From Polyangiaceae bacterium (lineage in GTDB: Bacteria; Myxococcota_A; Polyangia; Polyangiales; Polyangiaceae): a DNA stretch of 64,000 nt. Made by a program: the position numbers and the translations under genes. The stretch is from positions 32,001-96,000 of the forward strand of contig JBILLK010000005.1 in assembly GCA_044376115.1 (NCBI GenBank), read 5' to 3'. Below, one piece after another: positions 18,601-27,075 of this stretch (position 1 is the first letter of the stretch; each line of letters begins with the position of its first letter). The notes beneath the pieces were generated by a model that saw only the letters and a list, made by a program, of their open reading frames with translations, did no database searches and was not told the DNA's origin.

Positions 18601-21262
18601 TCACGCCGCCGGTCAGCAACACCGTGCCACTACCCAGCACCGTAGCCCGATGCCCAGTGAGCGGCGCCACGAGACTTTGCGTGAGCGCAAACGCTCCCGA
18701 TGATCCAGCGCCGGCGTCAAAGGTCTCAGCGGTTTGCAGTGTAGGCGGTTCGATCGCCTCGATCTGCCCGCCGAGAATCAGCGCCTGACCCGTAGGCAGC
18801 AAGGCACTTGCGGCTCGTACGCGGTTTACGGAGGCATCCTGCGTAAAGCTGAAGCTCTCCGTCTTCGGGTCGAAGAGTTCCCCCGCAAGCGTGTCTCCTC
18901 CAATCACGAGAACGCGCCCATCGCTCATGGTCTGCAGTTCAACATCGGCGTGGGTCGTGCCCGGCGAGGGCGCCGCCGCAAAAGTCTCGGTGATTGGGTC
19001 AAAGAGTTCGGCGTGACTTCCGCCCAAGAGCAACACCTTGCCACTGCGCAGCAAGGTCGCGCCGTGTCCGCTCATTGGCGCGAGCATTGGAATCGGCTGG
19101 CTTAAGGCGTCGCTTGTGGGGTCAAAGAGCTCGGCACTCGCGATGCTGCCGTTCGAGTTTGATCCGCCTGCGATCAACACCTTGCCGTCCGGCAACACCG
19201 TGGCCGTGTGGTTCTCGCGCGCAACGCTGAGCGCGGCGGTCGCCGAAAAGGCCCCGGTTGCACCCAAGGCACTCCAGACCTCCGCGCTCGAAAGCGTCGT
19301 GGTGCCGTCCGACCCACCCGTCAACAGGACGCGCCCGTCCCGAAGCAGCGTCGCTGTGTGTCGGCGCCGCACCACCTGCATCGCTCCTGCGTCCACAAAG
19401 CTCTGCGTCGCTTCGTCGAAGATCTCCGCTGTATAGGTGAGCCCAAACGAGAAGAGCTCGCCTCCCGCGAACAGCACGCGACCATCGCTAAGGGTCGTTT
19501 CAGTATGCTCGCTGCGGCCTGTCGTCATGGCCGGCCCGTCGGCGAACGTGCTGCGTTGTGCAGAGGAGCCGCCGAGATAAAGCTCCGCCGACGCTTGTTC
19601 GCCACCAACGATCAGTACGTTGCCGTTCGGAAGCAGCGTGGCGGTGTGACCGCTGCGCGCCGCCGTGAGCGATTCAGCAACGGCGCTGAAGGTGCCAGTC
19701 GACGGATTGTAGAGTTCGGCCGAACTTGCTCCGGTCGCATCGAGTGCACCCAGAATGAGTACGTTTCCGTCGGGCAGCAGCGTTGCGGTGTGACCCAGGC
19801 GTCCAAGCGTGCCGTTGCCGGTGGCTTGGAAGGCTCCCGTGCCACCGGCCAACGAGGCATCCCAGACCTCAGCCGCGTTGGAGCTAATGATTGGCCCGCC
19901 GATGCTGCCGCAGGGGCAGCCACCGTAAACGAGCACCCGTCCGTTTCGCAGCAGCGTCAGCGAGTGCGAACCCGGCGTGAAACTCGTGGGGGCGCCGGTA
20001 GCAGTAAACGTTTGGGTATTGGGGTCAAACACTTGCGCGGTGGACTCTGTCGCATCGTTCAACCCCACGAGCAGCACGCGGCCATCCGGCGTCGCAACCG
20101 CCGCGTGACTCGCAAACGGGCTGGCTCCAAGTTGAGAGAAGCTTTCGCTCGTTGGGTCGAACAGCTCGGCAGAGCCATTTCCAACCACCAGCACTCGCCC
20201 GTCTGACAAAAGGGTTGCCGTGTGGCTCTCCCTACCAACATTCATCGAAGTTGTCGGGCTGATTGCACCTGTTGTCGGATCAAAGATGTCAGCTGTCGCA
20301 AGATCTGTATCACCGTCGAATCCACCGAGGATGAGTACGCGGCCATCGAGCAGCGGTGTTGCCGTATGCCTTGCTCGGCCAGCTGCCAAACTTGGTCCGA
20401 GCTCGGCTCTTCCCGTACGAGGGTCGTACAGTTCGGTCGATCCATCGGCGCCACCGCTCGTCGAGCCACCCACGAGCAAGACCCGCCCGTCGCTCAACAA
20501 CGTCGCTGTGTGGTCCTGTCGCAGCTTGATCGGCACCGCAGCAACCGACCACGTTGGATCGATCACCACCGGAAACTCGACGATGTCGGGGTTGACGACT
20601 TCCACCAACAGCTCGTGACCAACCACCGAGAGACGCACCGAAACGAGGTCCCCATCGAGCTCCCAGGCTCTCGGTGCCTGAACCGAAAGCCGACGCTCCA
20701 GCTGCGGATCGCGCACGGTAACGCTCGTATCGTCTTCGGCCGCGAGGGACCAACCTTCAGGAAGCTCGAATGCGTAGCCGGCTCTTTCGGAAGCGCTCTC
20801 CACGGAGAGGAGCTCCTCCAGTGCTGTCCCGCTCTCGAAGATAAAGCTGCTGACGCCCTCGCTTTGTTGGTAGCTCAGGACCCCGTCGTGAAGTGCGCCG
20901 CGCACATGTTGTGATCGGAGACGTCGCACCATGAGCAACTCGGTACCGAGCTCGATTCGGGTTGGCTCGTCCGCAAACAGTGGGAGCTCCATCGCGAGCG
21001 GCGGCGCGAGCGGGCGAAAGGAGCCGCTAGCAGTCGACCCGTGCGCGACGAACCCCGAGGGGGTTGCTCTCCATCCATCGCTGCGCGCAGCGCGTGCAAG
21101 TTGGTCGCTAAGTTGCGGCGCAACGTCGCTCAAGTCGGTCTGCGTTAGGCGCGGCGGAACGTCGACAACTCGGTCGGTAGGCTGCTCGCAGCTGCCCGTG
21201 ACAGCCAGCGACCACACCAACCCAACCACGTTCGTCCGCCAGAAAGCTCGAGCTGCGCGCAT
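15665..21262 (-). CDS. Giant multidomain surface protein: Kelch propellers, Cys-rich repeats, internal MYXO-CTERM, TPR, PEGA repeats and a C-terminal barrel-like domain
   Basis: Many 'HTATLLxDGRVLxxGG...AELY/FDP' repeats; CxSGxCADGxCC repeats; 'CDCTT..WLLGVLAIASLRRRR'; 'AKKRFERGLAL' TPR; 'GAMIVIDG' PEGA; ends in 'GARYAF'. Confidence 0.85.
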   Translation of the reverse strand: MRAARAFWRTNVVGLVWSLAVTGSCEQPTDRVVDVPPRLTQTDLSDVAPQLSDQLARAARSDGWRATPSGFVAHGSTASGSFRPLAPPLAMELPLFADEPTRIELGTELLMVRRLRSQHVRGALHDGVLSYQQSEGVSSFIFESGTALEELLSVESASERAGYAFELPEGWSLAAEDDTSVTVRDPQLERRLSVQAPRAWELDGDLVSVRLSVVGHELLVEVVNPDIVEFPVVIDPTWSVAAVPIKLRQDHTATLLSDGRVLLVGGSTSGGADGSTELYDPRTGRAELGPSLAAGRARHTATPLLDGRVLILGGFDGDTDLATADIFDPTTGAISPTTSMNVGRESHTATLLSDGRVLVVGNGSAELFDPTSESFSQLGASPFASHAAVATPDGRVLLVGLNDATESTAQVFDPNTQTFTATGAPTSFTPGSHSLTLLRNGRVLVYGGCPCGSIGGPIISSNAAEVWDASLAGGTGAFQATGNGTLGRLGHTATLLPDGNVLILGALDATGASSAELYNPSTGTFSAVAESLTAARSGHTATLLPNGNVLIVGGEQASAELYLGGSSAQRSTFADGPAMTTGRSEHTETTLSDGRVLFAGGELFSFGLTYTAEIFDEATQSFVDAGAMQVVRRRHTATLLRDGRVLLTGGSDGTTTLSSAEVWSALGATGAFSATAALSVARENHTATVLPDGKVLIAGGSNSNGSIASAELFDPTSDALSQPIPMLAPMSGHGATLLRSGKVLLLGGSHAELFDPITETFAAAPSPGTTHADVELQTMSDGRVLVIGGDTLAGELFDPKTESFSFTQDASVNRVRAASALLPTGQALILGGQIEAIEPPTLQTAETFDAGAGSSGAFALTQSLVAPLTGHRATVLGSGTVLLTGGVSCTTICIDFPHTATQVFAFGNDPFRPTLSGAPSVVEAGTSVAMTGTRFRGPDSSGGQTKASTSNQPVVFWQPLNGPGLVIGRTTEWTDTTLSWTPPATTFTGLGWLRVAVNGMVSPGRLVEIRPAGLGIACEFDAECDSGSCADGVCCDAVCDGACEGCTAARKGTGEDGQCGEIPPGLSLEDACVISSGGPCRSAAECESGFCADGLCCQSACELQCEACDVDGSLGICVPVTGLPHGDRTACDNAGVEDPCDFAICDGQQRSECAGTVGPCGEFACGAEACLESCTGNEECATGYHCDDGACVAGQCEGATATTAEGEIVDCSPYTCRPDGTCKTSCSDVSDCQSPSACDFDGRCVPRPPSDVASSCDCTTSGGRAPSQAAWLLGVLAIASLRRRRKMLAAVAVAAMGHPTHAVGQPQPSQAQPTEPAAAAANEGKELAKEEAKKRFERGLALVNERAWDAALAEFSESVRLYPTRGARQNSAFCLRELGRQDEALTEYEALLRDYPDMDQKKKLEAQEAISALRTLVGSIEIDAAEPGAMIVIDGRQRGTYPTTAPLRVPSGSHVVRVFKQGFVPFETRVEVASRQAQRVEAKLLALTESGTLRIVEKAGKVHRVIVDQIEVGVTPFEGTLAVGAHVVVLQNDDGSGVAPTSAPIEKDRVTTLELTAVPLDAALRVEPTPAASLIEIDGVPLGRGTWSGALPSGQHIITISADGFIGQRRELTLEKDDPTTLRVALEQNPDDERWSIPGKFVVEATGALNLFPSYFGQPNKDCGEGCSAGVGLGGTALLHLAYEFGIGLGVGVSGGWFASAQTVEGRAASVQPVGLPVRAGLVDDELSLSGAFVGAHVSYRFGEVVPVSLRLTAGALLSRSRDVRTGRFDLEDGFTYQAGPIIESVFAPAIGVLPEVRVAYKLTESFEASLGLAVTTVIPLGVPRWEADREVDAAVDGIGAFGGEDLTGPAWFTASPSVGARYAF

Positions 21263-21329
21263 CTCACGAATGTCGCACGCTTTGTCTGCGGCTTAAGGCG
21301 TATCCGCTTAGCGCCGCCGAACGAGCAAC

Positions 21330-21710
21330 TTAGCTTCGTGCAGCCTGCTCTAGAAAGCGCTCCATGGTGTCACGAGCGATGCGCAAGAGAGCGCGCGCTT
21401 CGAGGTCGCTTGGGCCAAACGCAGTCTCCGCAGGGCCGTCGTAGAGCCGAACGTTGAGTCGCGCTCGAGTCTGGAGCCCAGGCTCGCCACTCCCCAGCGC
21501 GATGAGGGGTCCGGCAGCGGCGTTGTCGAGGAGCTGCGTTGGAGCCGGACCCACCGAAAGCCCGACCTCTCCGAGAACCTCGGCAACGAGCGCATGGTCC
21601 ACGCGAACAGCGCCGTGAGCGAGTGCTTGCGCCTCGATTCCCATCGACTTCGCCACGGCGGCCGCCATCATCGCAAGCCCGCCACCCTGAAAATCCAAGA
21701 AGGCGATCAA
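21330..21710 (-). CDS. Hypothetical protein, degenerate LMW-PTP/ArsC-like
   Basis: TTGA overlap with the FHA gene stop. 'IAFLD...AMMAAAVA' and 'VAEVLGEVG' align by eye with the LMW-PTP/ArsC N-terminus, but there is no Cys. Confidence 0.5.
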   Translation of the reverse strand: MIAFLDFQGGGLAMMAAAVAKSMGIEAQALAHGAVRVDHALVAEVLGEVGLSVGPAPTQLLDNAAAGPLIALGSGEPGLQTRARLNVRLYDGPAETAFGPSDLEARALLRIARDTMERFLEQAARS

Positions 21711-22936
21711 TTGGTGTTCAGCTCAACCCGGAGCAGCTTCCGTCCAATGAAGACGTAGTCACCATGCCCGAGCTCGCGTTCAGTCTTCAGGCGTAGATAG
21801 GTGCCGTTTCGACTCGAGTTGTCGGTAAGCGAAAATCGCCCATCGCTTTCCTCGATCCGACAGTGAGCACCGGACATGTAGAGGTCGCCAGGGAAATTGA
21901 GGTCCCCTCCCTCACGGCCGATTTGCAGCGCGTTGCCGCGCGCACAAACGGTCATTCCAACCGAACCACCCTGAAGGATCTGCACCAAGCGGAACGAACT
22001 CGGATGCTTCGGCGATGAGTAGAAGAAGGTTCCGTCCGGGCCCGCACCGTCTGTCGGCTTCGGGTTGAGATCCAAACGGAACAACTGCTCGCCGGCGAGG
22101 AAGGTGTCGCCCGGCGTTACCTCGACGGTGCCACGAACGCGCATATAAACGCCGTTGAGCGACCGCTCATCTCGGACGACGAGCTTGCCGTTTCGGTAGA
22201 AGAAGTTCGCGTGGCGCGGCGATACGAACGGGTCATCGGGGAAGGGTAGCTGCCCGTCCCGTCCGACGATGTGCTGCTCGGCCTGGAGGTGGAACGACAG
22301 GCCGTCCATTCCCTCGCCGCGAATCAGGATCAACTTCGCTCTCGCGGGATTCTGCATGTCCCCGAAAAAGAGCGTTTGAGCGCTCAGAATTTCAGGCGGA
22401 ACGGCTTCACCACAGCGGCCGCAGAACTTGTGCCCCATGGGCACGCCACTCGAGCAAGAGCGGCAAACGTAGTGACGAGCCTGTTCCATCAACTCCTCCT
22501 GAGACAGCGTAGCGAATTCGCTCGGCGCGGGCTGGCCTCGCGATTCAGACTGGATCGCGGCCTTGGGCGCCGCGCGTTCGTCACCGGACTCAGATGCCCG
22601 GTTGGGTATGGGATCCTTCGTTGGTGGCGCTTTGACTGGCCGCATCGCCATCATGGCCAACGCGGAAGGTCGCCGAAGTGGTTGGGGGGCTTCTGCCCCG
22701 CTCACCGATCGACGTCGTTCCTCGATCGCCACGTGCCCCGGCATGCCACCAACCTGAATCCCAGGATTGGAGCCCAGTGCCTCGCTACCCTGCGAGCGGC
22801 GCTCTTTTGGTACGAGAGACCGCTGGCGTACCAACGACAAATCGGCCTGACATGAAAGACAAGCTCGAGCGCCCATCGGGTTGAAGGCATCGCATTGCCC
22901 GCAAACGAGGCCAATTTCCGTACGTTCCGGGCCCAA
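21707..22936 (-). CDS. Zinc-ribbon plus tandem FHA domain protein
   Basis: Two pairs of CxxC motifs; two FHA domains with GR, SxxH and NG motifs (VGR..VSPRH..SLNG; IGR..MSGAH..SRNG). Confidence 0.9.
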   Translation of the reverse strand: MGPERTEIGLVCGQCDAFNPMGARACLSCQADLSLVRQRSLVPKERRSQGSEALGSNPGIQVGGMPGHVAIEERRRSVSGAEAPQPLRRPSALAMMAMRPVKAPPTKDPIPNRASESGDERAAPKAAIQSESRGQPAPSEFATLSQEELMEQARHYVCRSCSSGVPMGHKFCGRCGEAVPPEILSAQTLFFGDMQNPARAKLILIRGEGMDGLSFHLQAEQHIVGRDGQLPFPDDPFVSPRHANFFYRNGKLVVRDERSLNGVYMRVRGTVEVTPGDTFLAGEQLFRLDLNPKPTDGAGPDGTFFYSSPKHPSSFRLVQILQGGSVGMTVCARGNALQIGREGGDLNFPGDLYMSGAHCRIEESDGRFSLTDNSSRNGTYLRLKTERELGHGDYVFIGRKLLRVELNTN

Positions 22937-23006
22937 AGCTTCTACCTTAGAGCGTTGAAGTCAGCATGGTCGCGCTATCTACGAAGCGGGTCAAGGGAAT
23001 GGATCA

Positions 23007-23642
23007 TCATCGGACAAACTCGAAGCGACGCTTTGAGCCCGTGAACCCTTCCGTTCCCCAGAGTCGGAACAGAACCCGATCCGTGCATGTGTTCGCCATT
23101 ACTGCGCCAAAATCACGGGAATCTTCGTGATAGACCCGATTGTCGCTCACGAGGTAGACCCGCCCAGCACCCACTTTGTGTTCGGCGGGTGTGGTGTCTC
23201 GCGTCTCCCCTCCCGCAATGAAGTGCCAACCCCCGGCAAACTCAACGCGAGCGCAGCGCAACTTCTTGGGGGCGCCGCTCACCGGGTCATTTACCGTTAC
23301 CTCGTCGTCAACGCACGCCTCCGTGGTGGAATAGCGGCGTCCGTTGACCGAGACGGAGGTTCCAAGCACGGACACGGTTTCGCCAGACTGCCCGTAGATG
23401 CGGCCCATCACCCAGCGCTGAGAATCCTCGGGATCGGGGCAGCGCACGAGTTCGTTGGCTCCTCGCTCGCCACTGGTCATCACCACGACCAAGTCTCCAG
23501 GAAACACGGTCGGCGCAACCGAGGCGCCCAAGAACGGATCTTTGGGTACCGTCCAAAGACGAAGACCGCTCAGTCGCGCGATCAACAGTAAAACGGCGAT
23601 GATTCCTGCTGACCAGAGGAGGAACTTCACGAGCTTTCGCAC
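23007..23642 (-). CDS. Signal peptidase I (S26) family protein, atypical
   Basis: N-terminal TM; 'SVAPTVFPGD', 'GETVSV', 'SDNR...DSRDFG'. The conserved KR reads GR. Confidence 0.75.
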   Translation of the reverse strand: MRKLVKFLLWSAGIIAVLLLIARLSGLRLWTVPKDPFLGASVAPTVFPGDLVVVMTSGERGANELVRCPDPEDSQRWVMGRIYGQSGETVSVLGTSVSVNGRRYSTTEACVDDEVTVNDPVSGAPKKLRCARVEFAGGWHFIAGGETRDTTPAEHKVGAGRVYLVSDNRVYHEDSRDFGAVMANTCTDRVLFRLWGTEGFTGSKRRFEFVR

Positions 23643-23721
23643 GGACCCATCCTATGCTGAATCGCTGGAGAAGGCTTAAAGAGTGAAGAAACGGCAGACC
23701 TAGGCAATGCCAGCGCTTGCG

Positions 23722-24561
23722 TCACTCACACGATCGAAATGGAGGAAGCTCGGAAGGTGACCGTCCAGCTGCGATCTCCTGAGCGGCCGAAAACAGCTGC
23801 TGGTACTTGTCGAGTCGAGCGAAGTGCGAGCGCCCGCGAGTGCGTGGATCGGTGTCCATCACCGACGCCGAAACCACCCCCAAAACCTCTCGTTTCGTGT
23901 TGAGGACCGGCCCCCCGGAGTCTCCCGGGCAAATCGAAGCATCCGCACTAAAGACCCCGGCGCGGACCGTGTCGATCTTCCCACCCGGGCGGCTTTCGCG
24001 ATGGACCGCGCGCAACGACAAAGCACAACGGCCAAATCCCCACGGTGAGATCTCTTCTCCAATCGGTGGTGCTTCGTGAATTTGCGGCTCAAAAGTCGGC
24101 ATCCCGACGAGTTTGCGATTTAACACCAACACCGCGATATCCCCATCGCCCTGTTCGTAGCCGCACGCCGGGGTTACCAATGCCCGGACACCAACGTCTC
24201 CCCAGGGCAAGTCATCCCCGCCTAGTTCCACATGGATTGACTCGGGGGCTAGGTCGCGATGCAAAACCTTCCCGTCCGGGCCGTGCTCGACCACACAGTG
24301 GTGTGCCGTCAGCACGAGATCGTCTGCGATCAGTGTCCCGGTGCAACTTACAGCACCCACCACGCGCACAATGGCGTCCTGCAGCGGGTCTTCAGTCAAA
24401 TAGAGTGGCGCTAGAAATGGGCGGCTTGAAGCATCATCCTCGGAGGCTGGCGTCGGCTCCTCAACCCTCGTTGGCATGAAGCACCCAGAAAGCAGGAAGG
24501 CGAGAGCGCTCCCGACAACGACCTTCGGTGTCTCCCAGCGATTCGAATAGCGGTTTGCCAC
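23722..24561 (-). CDS. Trypsin-like (S1) serine protease lipoprotein
   Basis: CTGTLI, LTAHHC, DIAVL, CPGDSGGP; lipobox LLSGC. Start estimated at GTG 24561. Confidence 0.88.
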   Translation of the reverse strand: MANRYSNRWETPKVVVGSALAFLLSGCFMPTRVEEPTPASEDDASSRPFLAPLYLTEDPLQDAIVRVVGAVSCTGTLIADDLVLTAHHCVVEHGPDGKVLHRDLAPESIHVELGGDDLPWGDVGVRALVTPACGYEQGDGDIAVLVLNRKLVGMPTFEPQIHEAPPIGEEISPWGFGRCALSLRAVHRESRPGGKIDTVRAGVFSADASICPGDSGGPVLNTKREVLGVVSASVMDTDPRTRGRSHFARLDKYQQLFSAAQEIAAGRSPSELPPFRSCE

Positions 24562-24689
24562 GCGTTTTCCCGTCTGAGGCTGAGATGGGTTGGACTCGTA
24601 GAAGGGCCAACGAGTCAAAGCAAGAGTCGATGGGACACGGAGCTTGTGGTGGTCTTGGGTACAACGACCACTTTTTGATATTTTTCTGC

Positions 24690-25202
24690 TCAGTTGTGCG
24701 CCAACCGAACCTCGCGGGACGCATGGAGCAAAGCAGAGGAGGTTCTGACCGGGTCCTCGTGAGGGTCGTCGATCCCAGCCTCGAGAATCGCCTCCAAATA
24801 GGCGACCTGGCGAAGGCTCTTGCCCATGACCCACGGGGCGCAATGTGCCCCAGGCTGGTCGCACTCGGCCAAGCTCAGTCGCGAGAGGGCCAGAGCTTCA
24901 CTGGCCCTCCCTTGCGCCAACGCAACCCTCGCTCTCGCGTTGGTCAGCTCCGGCGTCTTAACCTTGGCGTGACGGTCAAGCAGGGCCTGCGCAAGCCCGG
25001 ATTGGCCGTGGTCCAGATAGGTCTTCGATAGTTGCTGAAGATTCTCGGGGGTTGGAGCAGTTGCAACTGCGGCCTCGAGCTGCGCCAGCTCAGCCGGCGG
25101 TTGTTGAAGAATCGCTGTGGCGCGACCCTCCGAACCCATCAAAGCCGCTCCGAGCGCGCCCAACACCAGCAGCCCGTTCAGAACAACCCCAGCTCTTTTC
25201 AT
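24690..25202 (-). CDS. Hypothetical exported TPR-like protein
   Basis: Signal/TM segment followed by Ala/Leu-rich helical repeats. Confidence 0.65.
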   Translation of the reverse strand: MKRAGVVLNGLLVLGALGAALMGSEGRATAILQQPPAELAQLEAAVATAPTPENLQQLSKTYLDHGQSGLAQALLDRHAKVKTPELTNARARVALAQGRASEALALSRLSLAECDQPGAHCAPWVMGKSLRQVAYLEAILEAGIDDPHEDPVRTSSALLHASREVRLAHN

Positions 25203-25314
25203 TTAGTTTGGCCTTCCCAGCAAAGCATCACGAAGGAACCCAGACAGACATACGCTGCAAAGGTTTCCAACGCTTTCAAAACTCCCGAAATAGGTGGGAC
25301 ACTCGCGCACCTGA

Positions 25315-26412
25315 CTACTCGGACCACGGGTCGTCGGGCAGAACAACCAGGTCACTCCGATTGATGATCTCACCCGCATCGGCGTTCCCACACGCTGCTG
25401 CTGCTGCTGCCGAGGACAATAGAGTAAGGCCACGGCCTAACTCGAGTCCGTTCGCATCGACCAACGTGATGCTGTCTCCTGCGTCGAATTGGCCGCGAAC
25501 ACCAACCACTCCTACCGCGAGGACCGACCGATTGCGTCGAACCGCCTCGGCAGCGCCTCGGTCCAAAATCAACGCGCCCTTTGAACGCAGCGTGAAGGCG
25601 ATCCAATGCTTGCGGGCCGACAGCCGCAGCGGCGCTCGAGCGAAAAGGGTTCCGACGTCCTCCCCTGCGACTACAGACGTCACCACCGAGGCGCGACGCG
25701 CGAGCGCGATGACGACATCGGCACCTGCTAGCGCGGCCCGACCAGCCGCCTGAACTTTGCTGACCATGCCCCCCGTGCCAACTCCGCTCGTTGCTGCGCC
25801 AGCAAACTGACTTACCTCGCGCGCGCCGTTCCGAACGTAGGTGATGCGCTGCTGCTGATCGTCGAGCAGGCCTTCCACATCCGACAGCAACAGCAGTAGG
25901 TCAGCGCCAAGCAGCGGAACCACCATGCTCGCCAACTGGTCGTTGTCGCCGAACTTGATCTCCTCGACGCTGACGGCGTCGTTCTCATTGATGACCGGAA
26001 TCGCGCCAGCGGCCAACAAGGCCTCGAGCGCCTTCTGGGCATTGTTGGAGCGGTTCCGGTCGGCGAGGTCGGCGTGCGTCAAAAGAACCTGAGCGGCGGC
26101 AAGGCCCAATGGGTTCAACGCACCCTCCCAGCGCTGCATGAGCGCGCTTTGGCCCGCTGCTGCTGCCGCCTGCAAACGTGGCATGTCCTTTGGGCGACCC
26201 TTCAAGCCAAGGCGCGAGATGCCAAGCGCGATCGCGCCGCTCGATACGACGATTACTTGCCGGCGCTGTGCTCTCAGCGCCGCCACCTCCTCAGCCATAC
26301 GCTGCCAAGCGTCACCGGCGAGGCTCTTGGACCCAATCTTGATGACGATGCGGCGGCTCTTGGCGAGTCGCCTTCGACCTTCGGCAATCAAAGCCGCCGG
26401 ATGCTGCGCCAT
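25315..26412 (-). CDS. proB: Glutamate 5-kinase with PUA domain
   Basis: IVIKIGS, VSSGAIA, AAAGQ, INEND, FGDND, GTGGM..K, RKHWI. Confidence 0.96.
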   Translation of the reverse strand: MAQHPAALIAEGRRRLAKSRRIVIKIGSKSLAGDAWQRMAEEVAALRAQRRQVIVVSSGAIALGISRLGLKGRPKDMPRLQAAAAAGQSALMQRWEGALNPLGLAAAQVLLTHADLADRNRSNNAQKALEALLAAGAIPVINENDAVSVEEIKFGDNDQLASMVVPLLGADLLLLLSDVEGLLDDQQQRITYVRNGAREVSQFAGAATSGVGTGGMVSKVQAAGRAALAGADVVIALARRASVVTSVVAGEDVGTLFARAPLRLSARKHWIAFTLRSKGALILDRGAAEAVRRNRSVLAVGVVGVRGQFDAGDSITLVDANGLELGRGLTLLSSAAAAAACGNADAGEIINRSDLVVLPDDPWSE

Positions 26413-26422
26413 GGCTTCTCCC

Positions 26423-27064
26423 TCAGGTAGACGGCGCGCCACCCTCGGCGATGAGACCGTCGAACGCCGCGTTTAAGCGGCGCTCCAGATACCCCGGTAG
26501 GTTCGCTCCCGCGAGCAACAGGGTGTCGGCCCAGCGGGTGAACTCGTCGCGCAGATCCTCGACCGGCGGAAGAATGGGGATCTGCTCCGCCTGCAAGGTC
26601 GGCGAGAACGCCCGTATCACCGCGCCCTCGATCAGCTTGCGCACCGCGCGGGCCTCGTCCGCTGACATTCGCACCGACTTCGATCCACGATGCCGCTCGA
26701 GATACCGGTCAAACAGGTGACCCAGCGCGAACACTTCCACCGCAGCGCTCGCCGTGAAGAACGTGGAGAGGGGGCTGAGCTTCTTGACGAAGGTCTTTGA
26801 GAGAATACCGAGTCCCCGCTTGAACAAGTCGCGCATCGGAGAGTCGGCTGACACCTCCGAAAACGCAGTTCGGGCTTCTGAGGTCAGACTCACTCCGTGT
26901 CGACCCGCGAGGTCGTGCACAATCGCCCCGCGAATCTGCACAATCATGCGATCTGGAAGAAAGGGGATTGGGATAGCGGAGGCGGCTAGTGAGAGCCCAG
27001 CGAGGATCGCAAGTCTGCCGCTCGAGGGGGAGCGAGGTGAGATCGCCATGTCGTTGTCGGCCAT
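26423..27064 (-). CDS. Hypothetical protein (possibly DUF697-like)
   Basis: Packed between the ABC-like gene and proB; RBS AGGAG not on this strand so start is uncertain; 'AIPIPFLPD...IQ/VQ...LA..HG' pattern. Confidence 0.55.
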   Translation of the reverse strand: MADNDMAISPRSPSSGRLAILAGLSLAASAIPIPFLPDRMIVQIRGAIVHDLAGRHGVSLTSEARTAFSEVSADSPMRDLFKRGLGILSKTFVKKLSPLSTFFTASAAVEVFALGHLFDRYLERHRGSKSVRMSADEARAVRKLIEGAVIRAFSPTLQAEQIPILPPVEDLRDEFTRWADTLLLAGANLPGYLERRLNAAFDGLIAEGGAPST

Positions 27065-27075
27065 CAGGAGTCACC

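Noticed and set aside
24593..24616. Inverted repeat GACTCGT-N10-ACGAGTC upstream of the S1 protease
   Set aside because: Single 7-bp instance with no second copy or known regulator; could be chance.
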